64,000 nt of DNA from Camelus dromedarius (lineage: Eukaryota): positions 93,312,001 to 93,376,000 of the forward strand of contig NC_087472.1 of NCBI RefSeq assembly GCF_036321535.1. Direction: 5' to 3'. Positions 1 to 13,584 of this stretch are shown piece after piece. Both the position numbers and the translations under genes were made by a program. The notes beneath the pieces were generated by a model, which made no database searches, was not told the origin of the DNA, and was given only the letters and a program-made list of their open reading frames with translations. The number at the start of each line of letters is the position of its first letter. The first letter of the stretch is position 1.

Positions 1-444
1 ATTGTTAAGTGGTGTTGAAGAGCCAGAAAAGACAAGAAATCATGAGCTTAATGGTGCTGATTAGCAATTATATGATTTCTTTTCTTAGTAAAGCTTGGCA
101 ACCTTGTGGCAAGAGTAAAGAAAGAATATTTAGAGTTATTATTGATGCAATGGTGAACTTCAGAAGGGCACATGAAAGAAAGAACTAAAGTGAAGAAATG
201 GAGAATGCTTGGTTTTAAGGGGATTGATGAAAGACTCAGAATGAATAGAGAATCACACCAATAGTGTGGTGGCAACCAGGTTGAAAAGGAAGGGATCAAG
301 AGTCTAAAAGTTTCCATGATGTTGGGAGAATATTAGAAAGCTGTTTAAGAATGCTTTTAAATTGTAATAATATTATAAACATATTAATGACATAAAAGAT
401 TATTATAATAAAATGAAAATAGTTATCAACAAACATTTCTTCAA

Positions 445-580
445 TTATCATATTCAGTGGTTAAGAGCAGGGGTTCTAGAGTTAAAAGTCTGAATCATGC
501 CTATTACACTCACTAGCTGTGTGACCCTGTAATTTCTCTGATCAATGTGCACTCGGTAAACATTCACTGTTAAGTATTGT
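445..580 (+). mobile_element. MIR SINE fragment
   Basis: CAGTGGTTAAGAGC...CACTCACTAGCTGTGTGACC resembles the MIR 5' and core consensus. Confidence 0.6.
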
Positions 581-1649
581 TCTCTAATTGAATATTAACA
601 CAGAATGGAAACTTAAGAGATTATCCAATTTGATGTTTCCATTTTATGAAGCATGAAGTTAAATGTTCAAGGTCACAGAGGTGGTTATTTCTGTGTTTTT
701 TAAAAAATGCAACAGAATAATTTATTTCTTAATTTCTTTTCAGTGCTTAAAATCCTATTTTTCTTTTCCATATTATATATTTACTGCTGTTCATGTTCTG
801 TGAGAGGGAGCTTATTGTGGTCAGTTGTGCATGGATGAAAATATGCTTTGAATCGAAGCATCTTTCCTGAGTAATTAATACAAAGTAACAGGCAAATTCA
901 GTCTCTTCACTTCAGGACTAAGATAATTGGCAGCTACCTGATAAAGTATTTTGCCCTGGACGAGTGTTCAGTAGGATTTAGCACAGTGACTGGGCAATTT
1001 CAGTCAATTTGAAATATTTTATTTCAATTTTTTTTGTTATTAGTTGCTAATTTCCAATGTAGTCCTTGAATTTATTCCATAACATTAAAAATAAGAACTA
1101 ATGTTAAATTATCTGATTTATATTCTACTAGATTTGTTGAATGCTGACAATATATCTGCACATTCATATATATATGATCATATTGAAATCTTGTGATTAA
1201 GTATCCTCATAAATAAAAGAGAATAAAGGAGAATAAAATGAGGATCAAATAGTTTGTTTTGTTGAAGGTTATGCAGCTAGTGAGTGGTGTGAATCTAAAC
1301 TACTTAGTTCAACTATGGGACTATATAACTTGCTAATGTAACATGGTAATCATCAACAAACCACATTGCTTTGAAAACCTAAGAATATATTTGCAATATG
1401 TCTAAAAAAAGTCATCAACCTAATCTACAACTTTCTTTTAGGTTAAATTCTCTAATAAAATGGTAACTTCTGCTAGAATCGACATGGGATGTCAGATTTC
1501 CACAGTGGTGTGGCATGTGCATTTTCTTGCATTTAGTTTTCTTTTCTTCTCTTTTGCCAAGACTCCAAACCAAATACCCAGCCAGTGAAGTTGCTCTGAA
1601 GAGAAAGGCAAAAGTGGCACTGCATTTTAACATATTTGTAGGTCAAAGG

Positions 1650-2260
1650 AAAGTTAAGTGAATTTTCATATATGGTCTTTACTCTGTTGAGATAAATTCC
1701 TTATGTATCTACTTTCTTCACAGAGTTTTTATTGCAAATAGATGGTGAACTTTGTCTAAAGCTTTTTTTTCGTCTACTGAGATGATCATGTGGTATTCTC
1801 CTCAATGAAGCAGTTTTATGATGGGCTGTCAAAGTCCTTGTCAGATAATTCCAATATCTGATTCATCTCAGTGTTGGCATCTGTTGATTTTTTTCCTCAG
1901 TCAAGTTGTGACTTTCATGGTTCTTGGTATAACAAATGATATTTTTATTACTATCCTGGACATTTGAGAAACTATATTGAGACTTTGGATTCTATTTGAT
2001 TTTCTTTTCTTTCAAAATAACTTTTTAACTGAAGTATAGTTAACTAATTTTCTCTTTTTAATTAGGCAGTCTCCCACTGATATGTAGCATGATGGCTGGA
2101 CGGACATATACGTTCAGTTTCTCAATGGACCCCACTGACACCATTCTAACAAAAAGTAGAGCACTGACTCACACTGCTTCATTACAGATATATGTAGTAT
2201 AAGTTCAGCTTCCCCTCTGAACTCTAATGACCCTTTCCTGACTAAAGTTGGACCACTGAG
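1650..2260 (-). mobile_element. Old L1 (L1M-type) fragments, antisense
   Basis: 1650-1795 matches antisense L1 ORF2 (GCTTTTTTTTCGTCTACTGAGATGATCATGTGG); the rest resembles antisense ORF1/5' sequence of old L1M families. Confidence 0.55.
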
Positions 2261-3254
2261 ATTTTCAAGCTTGTCTTATCCTAGACTATTTTGATAATTG
2301 CATTATCTTATTAGAAGTCAATTTCTTAAGCAGATAAAACCAACAGATATGATTTCCAATTAGGAAAAGAAAACAACTTAAAGGAGCAAATTTACTTTCA
2401 AGAAACATTTTACCTAACAAATCTTTATTAATTTCCCACTATATATAATGCACTTAACTCAATTTATGAGGTTTTTTTCATCACATGCACAATGTATAAC
2501 TTGGCACTAACCACTGAAGACTAAATTAACTTCCTAAAGTCAGATAGGTCCACCTCATGTGTTAGAATAAAGATTAAGAATACAACATGAGTTTAAAAAA
2601 AAGATATTTTATAATTTCCAATGTATTAAGACATACCAAATAGGTGATATAGATTAGTTATTGCATGTTTCAAGTTTTCTAGCTACTCTTATTCATTGAA
2701 CTTACTATATAGAATTTTTGAAATAAATAAAGGATTCACTTATAAGAACTGAATTTTTTGGTTATATTGTATACTTCTGAGCCTGACTCTATTTATTTAT
2801 TTCCTAACTTTAAGGAGAAATACTATCCGTCCAATCTTAGAAAAAGATAATCTTCTTTTCATATACTTCCCTATCCTAAGCAGGTTGCTTTTCCAGCAGA
2901 ACTGGAAGTACGCACAGTGCCTGAATGACTGCTCCTATCTTATTCTAGATTCATAGCTTTTTAGATGGGAATGATGTGAGTGCAAATTTCCCCAGCTCTG
3001 AAATATGAGACTTTTTCCTATAGCTAAACTTCAGCCAAAAGGTACCACTGATTTGTGGGGCTAACCGACCTGCATATCTAACACTGATTTAATTAAATTC
3101 AATCCTAATAATGACTGTTATGTGGATCAACCCTAGAAAAATAATTACACAGGATCAGCGTATTTCCTTTTCTCTACTCTTCTCCAGTTTCCTATTCCTT
3201 TCAGGCACTCCTTCACCCTCACCCCATGGGACCACTGTTCTCTTAATGTTTTAT

Positions 3255-3395
3255 GACAGTATAATGGAAAAAGCACTGGACCAGAGTCAGGAGTCTTAGG
3301 GATTAGTTCTGGATTTGTACTTAACTAGGTGTGTGAGCCTTTACCGAGTCTCAGTTTTATCATCTGTAAAATGAAGTGTTTGGACTAGATGATGT
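3255..3395 (+). mobile_element. MIR (MIR3-like) SINE
   Basis: ATGGAAAAAGCACTGGACCAGAGTCAGGAG...TCTCAGTTTTATCATCTGTAAAATGAAG...TTGGACTAGATGAT. Confidence 0.75.
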
Positions 3396-5959
3396 TTTAT
3401 TTTTTCCTTCTAATACTAAATTTCCTTCTAATATTAAATTTCTAGAACTATAGTTTATTTAAGAGGGAAAATCAAACTAAATCTTACTAAGTTGTTATTG
3501 CTTCAGTATACCACTTTCTAAAATAATCTGCATTAAAATAAGCTTGGAAAAGACCATGTTTATAATAAAGAAACAAACATTTCATCACAGAACTTTAGGC
3601 AATGCTATTTGGGATGATATTTTCAGGTTACAGTAGTTCCCATAGCTCATGCAGACTGTGTCCAGCACCTTTATGAAAGGATAAGGTTATTTAGGCCAAA
3701 TGTTAGAAACACATGGGTTGGAAACACATGGGAACCTTGCCAGTACAGAGTGGGATTGCACCTGTTCGTGTTAGTTTGCAAAAAAAAAAAAAAAAAAAAT
3801 GGGTCTCACCTTGCCTTCCATCAGCCACATGCATTGTCTCCTCTCTATCACATCCAGTCTTCCAAGTATAAGCAGGGTTTACACATGAGTCCTTAGCCAC
3901 TCTATTCCCTATGAAGAATCCAGATAACACATTTTCTAACAATTTGCCTTAGAATCCTCCACTAAGTCCCAATAGTGGAATCATGGACCTTTCCATCTTT
4001 GACAAAAAAGTCAATAAGGGAAAAGAGGCCAAAGACTGTATTTTCCAATGATATAAAGCTTATTTTCCACAATACTCTTCCTGCACTGATCATAAAATAG
4101 ATTTAGGAGCAGAGAAACCCAAATAAATGTGCCTTTGAAGGAATTCTATTTAAAAATTAGGACAGTTGTGACTAATTACTTTGTATAGGGGTCTGTAACT
4201 AATGTACATGATTCTAAGTGAAGAAGTGAGTATATCAGAACTCACTGAATTCACATTTTATTATGCATTCTTGGATATAGATAAATTTTAAGTAGAAATT
4301 CATTCAAAATCAAGTGTTCTAACATAAGTTTATCTGTTATCTAGGACTGACCTTATTTAATCTGAGAGCTATCACAGGGGCTGACCTTATTTTAACTGGG
4401 AGTCACCACTGCTTAAATTCATACGTTTTGAATATAAATATAAATGCTAATCACAATATATATGCAATTATTACTGTCTGCTGCAGTTACTTTTTTTTAA
4501 ATGCACTTCATTTTGCAGATGGTGAGAGCTCTACTAACACATCTATTGTTAGCATGAAAGTCAAGCGATCATCTGTGTAGGTGGTTGTGTGGGAGCAATG
4601 CTAAGATTTACAAGGATTTTCTCCCACACTGGCAATCCACATTGAACAGAGCGCCATATGAAACAATCTTCTGTTCCTTGGCATTTTTAATCATTCACTT
4701 AATTTGTAATAATAAAAAAAAAATCTCAATTAAGGCTTGCCACTTTTTTCACTCAGGTATTATTTTCCATTTTTAAAAATATTATTTTCTTGTTGTAATT
4801 TTTCAATTGGGTATCTATCTCTTGAGAAAAAAAGCTTTTATAAGTTTATCAAAGAGAGAAATTCTGGGAAGAAATTTGTAATTATGTTCAGCCTGTCAGT
4901 TATAAGATTAAAAAATTCTTATGAGTTTACATCAATAATTATATACTTGGACTTAAAACTTGAAGGGGAAGATTTTTAAGAGACACTGCTTGTTTATTTT
5001 ATAATTTTTCTATATAAATTTGTAATGGTAAGAAATGCAGAATATTTCTATTATTTTATTTTCTCATTATTAATATATTTGTCCCAATTTAGATATTAAT
5101 TATCTCAAGGGAAAACATAATCATATATTAAAGCCTCACATTAAAAAATCTATTACAGGAGTCCTACAGCATCCATAGTTATTAAATCACAGTAGACAGA
5201 AGAGGATTACCTCTCCCCTTCCATTGGGTAAACCTGCCTTTTTTCTTTGTATGGCTCTTCCCACCACATTTTTTTCTCTCACTGCTTTGGTGTTGTCAAT
5301 ATCTGGACACAGGACAAAACCTTGGTCAATTTAACTCTCTTAGACCTAGAGTGTGTGTGATACAAAGTTTTAAGAAATCTTTAGGATTTACTGGCTCTGG
5401 TGGTGAAGGATGGTGGGACTGCCACACAAACATTATCAAAGTCTTCTAAAGCTACCAGGTTCCAGTCCGGACCACACCTGGTACTTCGCCTTTCCCCTCA
5501 AGACTATGAATTCTTCAATATGTTTCCAATCATTATGCTTAAGTGACCCCACTTTTTAAAACTTCTTTCAGCCAAAAAAATCCACGACTGGTAAATAGTA
5601 TTAAATAAACATAATCTATTTGATCTAGGGGAAGGGTCTCTAGAAATTCATCAAATCCCATTTGTTAGAGTGAAAAATATCCAGGCTTAGACTTAACATG
5701 ACTTGTCTAATGAAACTAGCAAACATGGGATCAGAACTGAGCCTCAACAATCCGATCTTTCAACATAAAATCCATTGACAGGCTAATTTGATTTATTTCT
5801 AGGAACTCATGATATCATCTTTCTTTTGCATTCAGGTCCTTGAAAATTAGGTAAGTTTTTTTTTCCCTAATATCTCAATATTTTTAGAATTTTCATTCCT
5901 GCATTCCTCAAATAGCTGCACTTAACAGTATTCTTGAATTTTAAAAAAAATCTTGACTT

Positions 5960-6140
5960 GTGTATTTTTCCTTTGTGACTCTTCTATTATGAACTTTAGT
6001 AAATTACTTAGCCTTTTTGACTTCATTTTTCCCACTATTGTGAGGATTATACGAGTTAGTGTACATGAAACACTTAGACCAGTAGAGCTCATGATAAATG
6101 CCATGAGTGCATTCAACAGTACTATTACTGTTGTTGTTAC
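5960..6140 (+). mobile_element. MIR SINE fragment
   Basis: AAATTACTTAGCCT...TTGTGAGGATTATACGAGTTAGTGTACATGAAACACTTAG resembles the MIR core and 3' part. Confidence 0.65.
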
Positions 6141-9100
6141 TACTATTATTTAATAGTATAAGCATATAAATCACTATCCTTCCTCCCTTTTGGTGGTATT
6201 CTCCTCTTATAGTGTATTTTTTTTAACTTAGATTATTATTATGTTTCTGAAAATATTCTCTACTTTCAAAAATGAAAAAAAAAAATATTTGTAGCCAGTA
6301 AGAGAGATAATTCAGTTTCATAATTAGAATGAGGGGAAACAATCAGTTTAACAAACAAACAAAAGAACTATCACCAAACAAAAATAAAAACAATTGAAGG
6401 GTGACAAAAGCAAAACTGAAAGAAGACGTTAAGGGTGGTTTATATGCAGACAGCATTCATATTATGTTTATTTTAACTCAGATACAATAGTGCATTGAGA
6501 GATAGGAATTTAAGATGATAATAAAGAAAAACTGAAGTCAGTTTAAAAATCAAATTATCATCACCCTCTTTGTTGGGCTGACTCTTCCAGGGTTGACAGA
6601 CAATAAAGCTATCAGTTTGGGAGGGACTTCACTGAAAGATATACACAATTTTAGTCGATTTAGAAGGGTTTGATTGTGCCACTAAAAAACAATCTATACA
6701 AAATCCTTACCTTAATTTTGTGACTGAAATCCTGAATTCATTTAGCTTTACATCTGCAAAAGTCCAAATAAAATTTTAATATTAGTAAACAAATAAAGTG
6801 AACTATGTTTAAATAACAATAATAAGAATCATAAAAATACAGAATAGATAAATCACATTTCCTTCTTTATTTGGGCATTTAAATTGCTGAAGGGGTGGCA
6901 ACTTTGTGATTCCTGGCCCAAAAATATAAGACTAAATAGGTCTTAAAATAGTCAAGTACTCCATATTAATGTAATTGAAGCAGCCTTAGCTGTGTCTCCT
7001 TTCCAGGTCAGTTCGGAAGCGATCCCTCAATTCAGCAGCCTAGTTTATATCATTGCTAAAAATAACAGCGTAACATTTTCTCCCTAAAGTCGATTTAGGG
7101 AACAAATGTACTGTAATAATTACAGCCATTATTTGTGGCAACTTTCCTGAGTCCTGAAATGAATGCAAATATTTAGGAAGAGGGACCATCAAGTCATCCT
7201 GGAGAACTATCTGACACTTTGACTTTGGAATGCAGTATGCTTTTTTTTTTTCCACTTCAGTTAGTGCTATGTTAGGCTGGAGGACAATGTAAGTAAGGAA
7301 TCATCTAAAATTTGCAATTGTAAGAAAAGGATAGGAAAAGCTACCAAGTATAGAAAAAACTATCCATTATCTCAGACAAAATCATATTGCAATGTTCATC
7401 AACACAAACAAAAATAGATATTTGTTTGCTAACTGTAGAAGCAGTCAAAATCCCTAGAAAACATTATAAAAATACCATCTGATATCATTCCAGAAATCCT
7501 GGGATGTACTCAAAAATGTGTAAATATTGAAATTATATGCACCAAAGTTAAAAATGTTATTGACTTACTAAGTTTAGATGGAAGAATAAAATGGGAACAG
7601 ATATGAGTTGTTCAGTATTTGCTTTAGCATAGAAAGGTGCTTAATGTTTTTAAAGAAATCAAAATATATATGAGTAAATCTTAAGGTCAATAAAAGACTT
7701 TTGGACAACCTCTATGCCTTCCTGGGGAAGTTTTCAGGTCTCTCACATTAAATGCCAAGGCTTTTATGGTCTCAAAACAGGTATAGCACCTTTTTGTTCT
7801 CCCTGAAAAACTATGGAGTCTACTTCTAGAAAACCTGTCAGTAAGATTATTTGACAATCTTTGTAATTGTGACTAAGTGTGGACCTTTTCATTGATTCTT
7901 TCTAATTCCTTTTCAGGCCACTGACTTTTCTCCTTTTCTGTGTTTTCTGATATCACAGCATTTAGGGATCCAGTTTATACCTATGAAAAACTAGTGTTTC
8001 ATAGAATCATTTGCCAAAATCTAGGAAGTGGCTAAGCAGGCACTTACTGAAAGTCACAATCTTTAAGAAGCAAAAAGTCTTGGATCAAAGACAAATTTAG
8101 GATGGGAAAGGCTCATAAAAAAGAAATCAGAATTAATTAATAATGTGCTTTTCCTGTAGTAGGGTGCTCAACCAATATTTTGGACTGTTGAAGGCATTAG
8201 GCTCAAAAATACCTTATCATTAAGGGAAAACATTAGATATTAAATAAGATAGTGACCCAGATTCTGACCTTGCCCTCATAGTGTCTCAAACAAGTTAAGT
8301 TTTTCAGAGAATTAAGTGAAATGTAATAGTTGGGAAAGCTATTTTAAAAACAGATATATTAATACCACCAAACCAGGGTGTCAAGCAATGACACTGCCCA
8401 ACTTAGAATCAAATGCCTGCCTGTACAAAGTTTCCCAAGCCCACCTTGGGAAGAGGTATATTCTTCTCTCTTGTTGCTCAACACAAGCAAACTATTAGAT
8501 TTCTCATTCCTTGTGGACAAGAATATTTAAATTTTATTAGAAATTTATTTCACCTCAAGGCATAAAAAATCTATGTGCCATTTCATTTTGAAGTATGTGT
8601 TACTTCCTGCATTCTCTCAATGTGAGCAGAGTTTGTTCAGTTTTAGAACTCTTCCTAATTTAAGAAATAAGGGAATATATGCAGTCATATTATACTGAGA
8701 TAAAGATTTTTTGCATAACCGAAACTAATTAAACTTATAAACAAAACAAAATGAAAGAAATCAGCCCTTTTGTTTAAGTCCTTCCTTATTTTGCCTAAGT
8801 TAAAACACTTAGTTTGGAGGTTATTAATGGAGGATGATGGCAAAAGGAGAAGGGATTTGTGAAAAAATTTTTGAAACTTATCAAATACTATAAGTCAAGG
8901 AGTAATTAAGAAAGACGGAGTGGACCACATGCTTTTAAGATCTATATATCTCTAAGATAAAAGCGGTACTAAAACTTTTGAGTCAAGGTAGACAATTGAG
9001 CACATGCATTAATTTCTCTCTCCGGTCTCAAAAATACAACCAAAGTCTGGAATTCTCAGAGTGTTGGAAATAATAAGGTAACACAAAACAGACATTAAAA

Positions 9101-9719
9101 GCTGAGATGTTAAGTCCTGCTTCATGATAGAAATGGAGGCCACAAGCCCCAGTGCTGCTGGAAGTCAGAACAGAACTCTCTGCAGAAAGCCGGAAGCCCA
9201 GACTAGGCATATTCTTGTTCTTGTGAAGAAACCTGCAAATCTCTGCCAACTAATCCAGTGACTTATTTGCCAATCACAAGCTGCCTGCCCCATATCATGG
9301 GTGAAAGCAGTTATCTTTGGATGATGGAAATTTTAAGTGTGTGACAATGCTGCAGATGTGACCCAACAAGTGCTGTCCACTTTGGAAACGCAGGCCTGAA
9401 TTTCAAAAATTAAATTTCTGGGTGTTTCAAACTACTCCTATAAAAGGATTCCTACTCAGATCAAACAAGGGAGAAAACTTCCATAGGAGGATAACTTTAG
9501 CAGAAGTTGAGCTCAGTGACAAGAACAGTATCAGATGTGGAGCCCAATGCCACTGAAGACATTCTGCAGACCCAAAAGTTGTACCCGTGTTTGTATCAAT
9601 CAAGAGTATGTCTAAAGCAACACGACATTTTCTAAATAGATTTCATGGAAAATATCCGCATATTTTACCTTGGCCAAAGAATATTTATATCATGCATATT
9701 AAATCATGTATATTATATA

Positions 9720-9880
9720 CTTATAACTTTGTGACTCTGGACAAGTTACTTATCTTTTCTCTGTGTCATTTTCCTGATCTGCCAAAGGGCCTTTGTGAAG
9801 ATTAAACAAATGACTGCATTTGAAGCATTTCAATAGCTTCTGGAGCATAGTAAGCAATATGTAATATGCAATAAATGAAA
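9720..9880 (+). mobile_element. MIR SINE fragment
   Basis: TGTGACTCTGGACAAGTTACTTATCTTTTCTCTG...TGTGAAGATTAAA. Confidence 0.65.
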
Positions 9881-10997
9881 GTAATTTAGATAGATAGATG
9901 GATACAGACAGACAGACAAAAACTGTTAACAATTATCTCAAGAAGATGGGCTGTGGTAGGATAGAACGGGACTTTTAGTTCTTAACTTTTGTCCCTTACA
10001 TGACTGTTTTAATTCTTTTCTTTTGTGCAAGTTTTTATTACTTTATAAACAATCCAGTTAAAAATAAAAAGAGTAACAAAAGAAAACAAAGAAAAATTCC
10101 TCCCACAATACACTTCCATTTCACAGTTAATTAAGGGAGAAGTTAAAAGGAAGAAAAGGAAGGTAAGTGGGGAGAAACAAAGAGGGTGACTCCTGGCCCT
10201 ACAAGGACACCTGGACAGAGTGGATGGAAGACAAGTCAGACTTAGTGAAGCTGAGGAAAAAAGAAGTCAGTTTTGCAATGTTGGTAACACTTTGGTCATA
10301 AACAATTGTTCACCAGAGCTGCTTGTTTCCCCGTTCTCATGCCTGAACAGAGTACTTTGAGTACTAATTAGTCATTGCACATAACTGTTCTAACTCTTCT
10401 TTATCTTTAAAGTCGCAAGCTATCTGACGAAACAGAAAAGGGATTTTTAAATCCAAAAATGTCAAAGGCAGCAGAGAAAGCTCATCTAGGCACCAATTAG
10501 AAAGAGGTAAGTTTTAGATGTCTCCAACAATGGCCAAGGGGGCCTGGACTTCTGAATAGTTATAGGAAATAATGGAAATGTTGAAAGGGCTCAGCAGGTA
10601 AGTGATAAGGAGGAAAGGGTGTCTGCTGTTCTGACAGGAAAGTTTGCTTATCTTTGTTGGAGATAGTGAGGATTCCAGTCTTGAAAACTCATTTTTTTTC
10701 TTACTTTCCTTGACACTCTATTAACACCTTCATTGGCAGTTTCTTCTCAGTCTTATAATTTCTTCCTTCTTTTCCAGATTTCAACAGAACAGGTTGTCCT
10801 CAGGTTTAGCCCTGGATACTCTCTAAACTCTATCTGTCTTGCTTCCCAAGATTTAATTCTTTAGTCCCATGGCTTTGAATGTTGTCACTATTGTGACAAC
10901 TTCCAAATATAAATCAAAATCCGTGACCTCTCTCCTGAGTGCCAGGTCTATAGATGCAAAGATCCACTTGATGTCTCCACTCGGATATCTAATTGAC

Positions 10998-11113
10998 ATG
11001 GGCTTGCCAGAATTAGCAATATTTGGGGCACACTAACACTAAAAAAATTATTCATCATTTATTTGAAATTCCAATTTAACTGGGCATCCTGTATTTTAAA
11101 TCTGGCAAACCTA
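10998..11113. mobile_element. MER53-like hAT DNA transposon (internally deleted)
   Basis: Terminal inverted repeats GGGCTTGCCAGAATTA / TAAATCTGGCAAACCT; internal AATTTAACTGGGCATCCTGTATTTT. Confidence 0.8.
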
Positions 11114-11157
11114 AACAAGCATTTCAATCTTAATGCACCTAACTCAAATTTCTAACT

Positions 11158-11735
11158 TGTATTAATAACTCCTTGTTATATAGAAGAGAAACCCAAGTCA
11201 AATAGTCTCAAGCATGTGAAAGCTAATTTCTGGAACTGATAACTGAAAGGTCCTGGAGTCAATATGGCTTTAGGAATGGGGCTTTAGGGGTTTTAAAATA
11301 TCATCAGGATTTAGTTTCTCACTCTACCACTTGGCCTGGTTTGCCTCTGCACTGGCCTCATTCTCTGGCATGCTCTCCCAGTGTGATAACCTCTAGTTGT
11401 TCCAAACTGAAATCCTACTAACTTACTACTGACCTTGGAAAAAGAGCACCTTATCTCTCTCAGTTCAATCCAGAGTCTCAGGGTTGCATCTGACTGGGCC
11501 AAGTGTGGTCACTAAGTGTGGTCATTAAGTCAGTCACCTTGATGGAAGATTTGAAAATGCTAAATTAGCCAAGCTTGCATCTCATTACCCATATCTGAGC
11601 TAGGAATTGGAGTAAGTCCCACACAAACAACATGAATGAGTAGGAGGAGGGAGAATCCCAAATGAAAAATCAGGATGCTATATTTAAAAGCAGGAATGGA
11701 AGCTGAAGAGGGAAAAAAGTAACTGTTATCCTCTA
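11158..11735 (-). mobile_element. MaLR solo LTR (MLT1J/K-like)
   Basis: TGTATTA...AGAGAAACCCAAGTCAAATAG...ATAACTGAAAGGTCC...TGGCCTCATTCTC, typical of antisense old MLT1. Confidence 0.6.
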
Positions 11736-13584
11736 TATTTCCCCAAAGTATGTATGTCAGTAAAAGGTATGGCTCTTTAACTAATTGCTCAAATAAAAAA
11801 AATTAGCCTTCTTTTTCATTCTTATGTTTTATTTGCCTAGTAAATCAATCCATCTGCAAATGTTGTCTATTATGCTTCTAGTATTTATCTCAAATCAGTC
11901 TAATTCTCTCCTAGTCTTGGTGACCATCATCTTGTTCCTAGACTATTGCCATAATCTCTTATTGGGATTCCTGCTTCCATTCCCTAAAATCCATTCTCCT
12001 TATAGCAGTATAAGCAGTTTTTTTAAAAATGTAGATCCAATTGTGTCATCTTCTGGCTTAACAGCATCTTATGGCTTCCCTTTACACTTTAAGATCCTGT
12101 GTGATCTGGTTTTTGTCTAACCCTAGACATCAGTTCATATACTCCTTTCCCTGAAAACCCTGCTTACTACATCCTAGACACATTGGCTTTCTTAATGTTC
12201 CTTGAATATGCATAGGGCATCCCTTCCTTAAAGCCTCTGATTTACTGGTTTCCTCTACTTGGGAAACTTTTTCTTTTCCTGGATCTGCCTTTTTTCATCC
12301 TTCAAGCCTCAAAGACCACTTCTTCAGATATGCCTTCCCTAAACACCCTAAAGACAATGTCCAGTCACTATCACATCTCCCTGTATATGCTACATAGTAC
12401 ATAAAGATGAGACATCATTTAAGCAGTTTTTCACTTTTTTTAATCTATGTTTAAATACTGGAATGTAAGGTCCAATGTGATAAACTTGTTTGTTTTCTCA
12501 ACACTGAACCCTCAACTAAAACTATAGCCTGCTTCATAGCAAGATCTCAAAAGGTATTTGCTGAATAGGCACATTAATAAATGAGTGTAAGAACTATAGT
12601 TAAATTGATATTCTGCATTTTGTATGTTGGCCATATATCAAAATATGTTGAGTTCCTTCAACATTAATTTAGAAGAGTGCTCTAGGGAAAAAAAAATACT
12701 GAGAACACCAAATGTGTGACTTGATGATACAGGTGGCCTAACAATGTGTTATAAAATTCAGGAAATTTTTCCCCTAAATTTCATTATGAAATATCTGGTG
12801 TAAATCAGAGGACGGCGATTCTATTAATCTACTGTTTATTCAGCAGAAGATAAAATGGGAGAATAGAAGTTAGGACTATAAATTAGTGAAACTGATTGCC
12901 ACAAAATGTGTGACATTAACTATATAAGTGATCATCAAAGAGACTTATGATGTTGCAAAGAATGAGATAAAGTTGTGAAGAGTTTAGATTTTGTTGAAAA
13001 TTACTTTAATATCCAACCAGTAGAGAATTATGAAGAGATCTAATCCATTAATTCAGTAAGGTTGGAATCCTTTTTAATATGCTCTTGCATGAGGGTCAAA
13101 TGCAAGAGTTTAGTACTGGGTAATTAACCTATGGGAAGTAACCTTGACATAGATTAGGGATCAGTTGAGTGTGCCGCAAATTATAAACGTCTTCTGATAA
13201 AATTGGGGTCAGTTCTGAGGCAAGAAATCTTTGGTGTTTAGAAGAGTATCCTAGACCACAGAGAACATAAAGTAGATAGTGCATCCTCCATAATTATTTC
13301 CAGGAGAGAGACTATATATTTTAGAATATTAATGAGAGCATGTCTTGTGAATTTGGTTAAATTCTTCCTTGTTTCAGAAATGTAAACAAACAAATAAACA
13401 ACAACACAACAAAAAGATTGGGGTAGAAGATTCTAGTATACTTATTATCCAAATGAAAAATTATAACTATTAGACTTTAGGAAGTTAGAAGCTTTACACA
13501 AAGTAGGAAAGCAAAATACAAAATTCTATGTATGACAAACAGAGCTAAAGCTATTTTGCTTTCTCTTGATCTCAATAGGTAATT

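Larger units (their letters stand above)
10730..12590 (+). mobile_element. L2 LINE 3' region, interrupted by MER53 and an MLT1 LTR
   Basis: L2 motifs CCCATGGCTTTGAA, CTCTCTCCTGAG, ATGTCTCCACTCGGATATCTAA, CTAGACTATTGCCATAATCTC; L2-type 3' end ATTTGCTGAAT...AATAAATGA. Confidence 0.75.

Noticed and set aside
1..330. 89-aa minus-strand ORF 48-317
   Set aside because: The purine-rich + strand looks like a decayed antisense L2 fragment and the peptide is uninformative; too uncertain to list as a feature.
3403..3735. Short tandem duplications (18-mer at 3403-3438, 15-mer at ~3707-3733; similar at ~11501-11530 and ~31176-31205)
   Set aside because: Ordinary slippage duplications with no further structure.
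5803..10605. Plus-strand AG...GTAAGT exon-like segments (5803-5850, 7261-7288, 10412-10506)
   Set aside because: The 5803 and 10412 segments have stops in all three frames, none gives a recognisable peptide, and GTAAGT is frequent by chance in AT-rich DNA.
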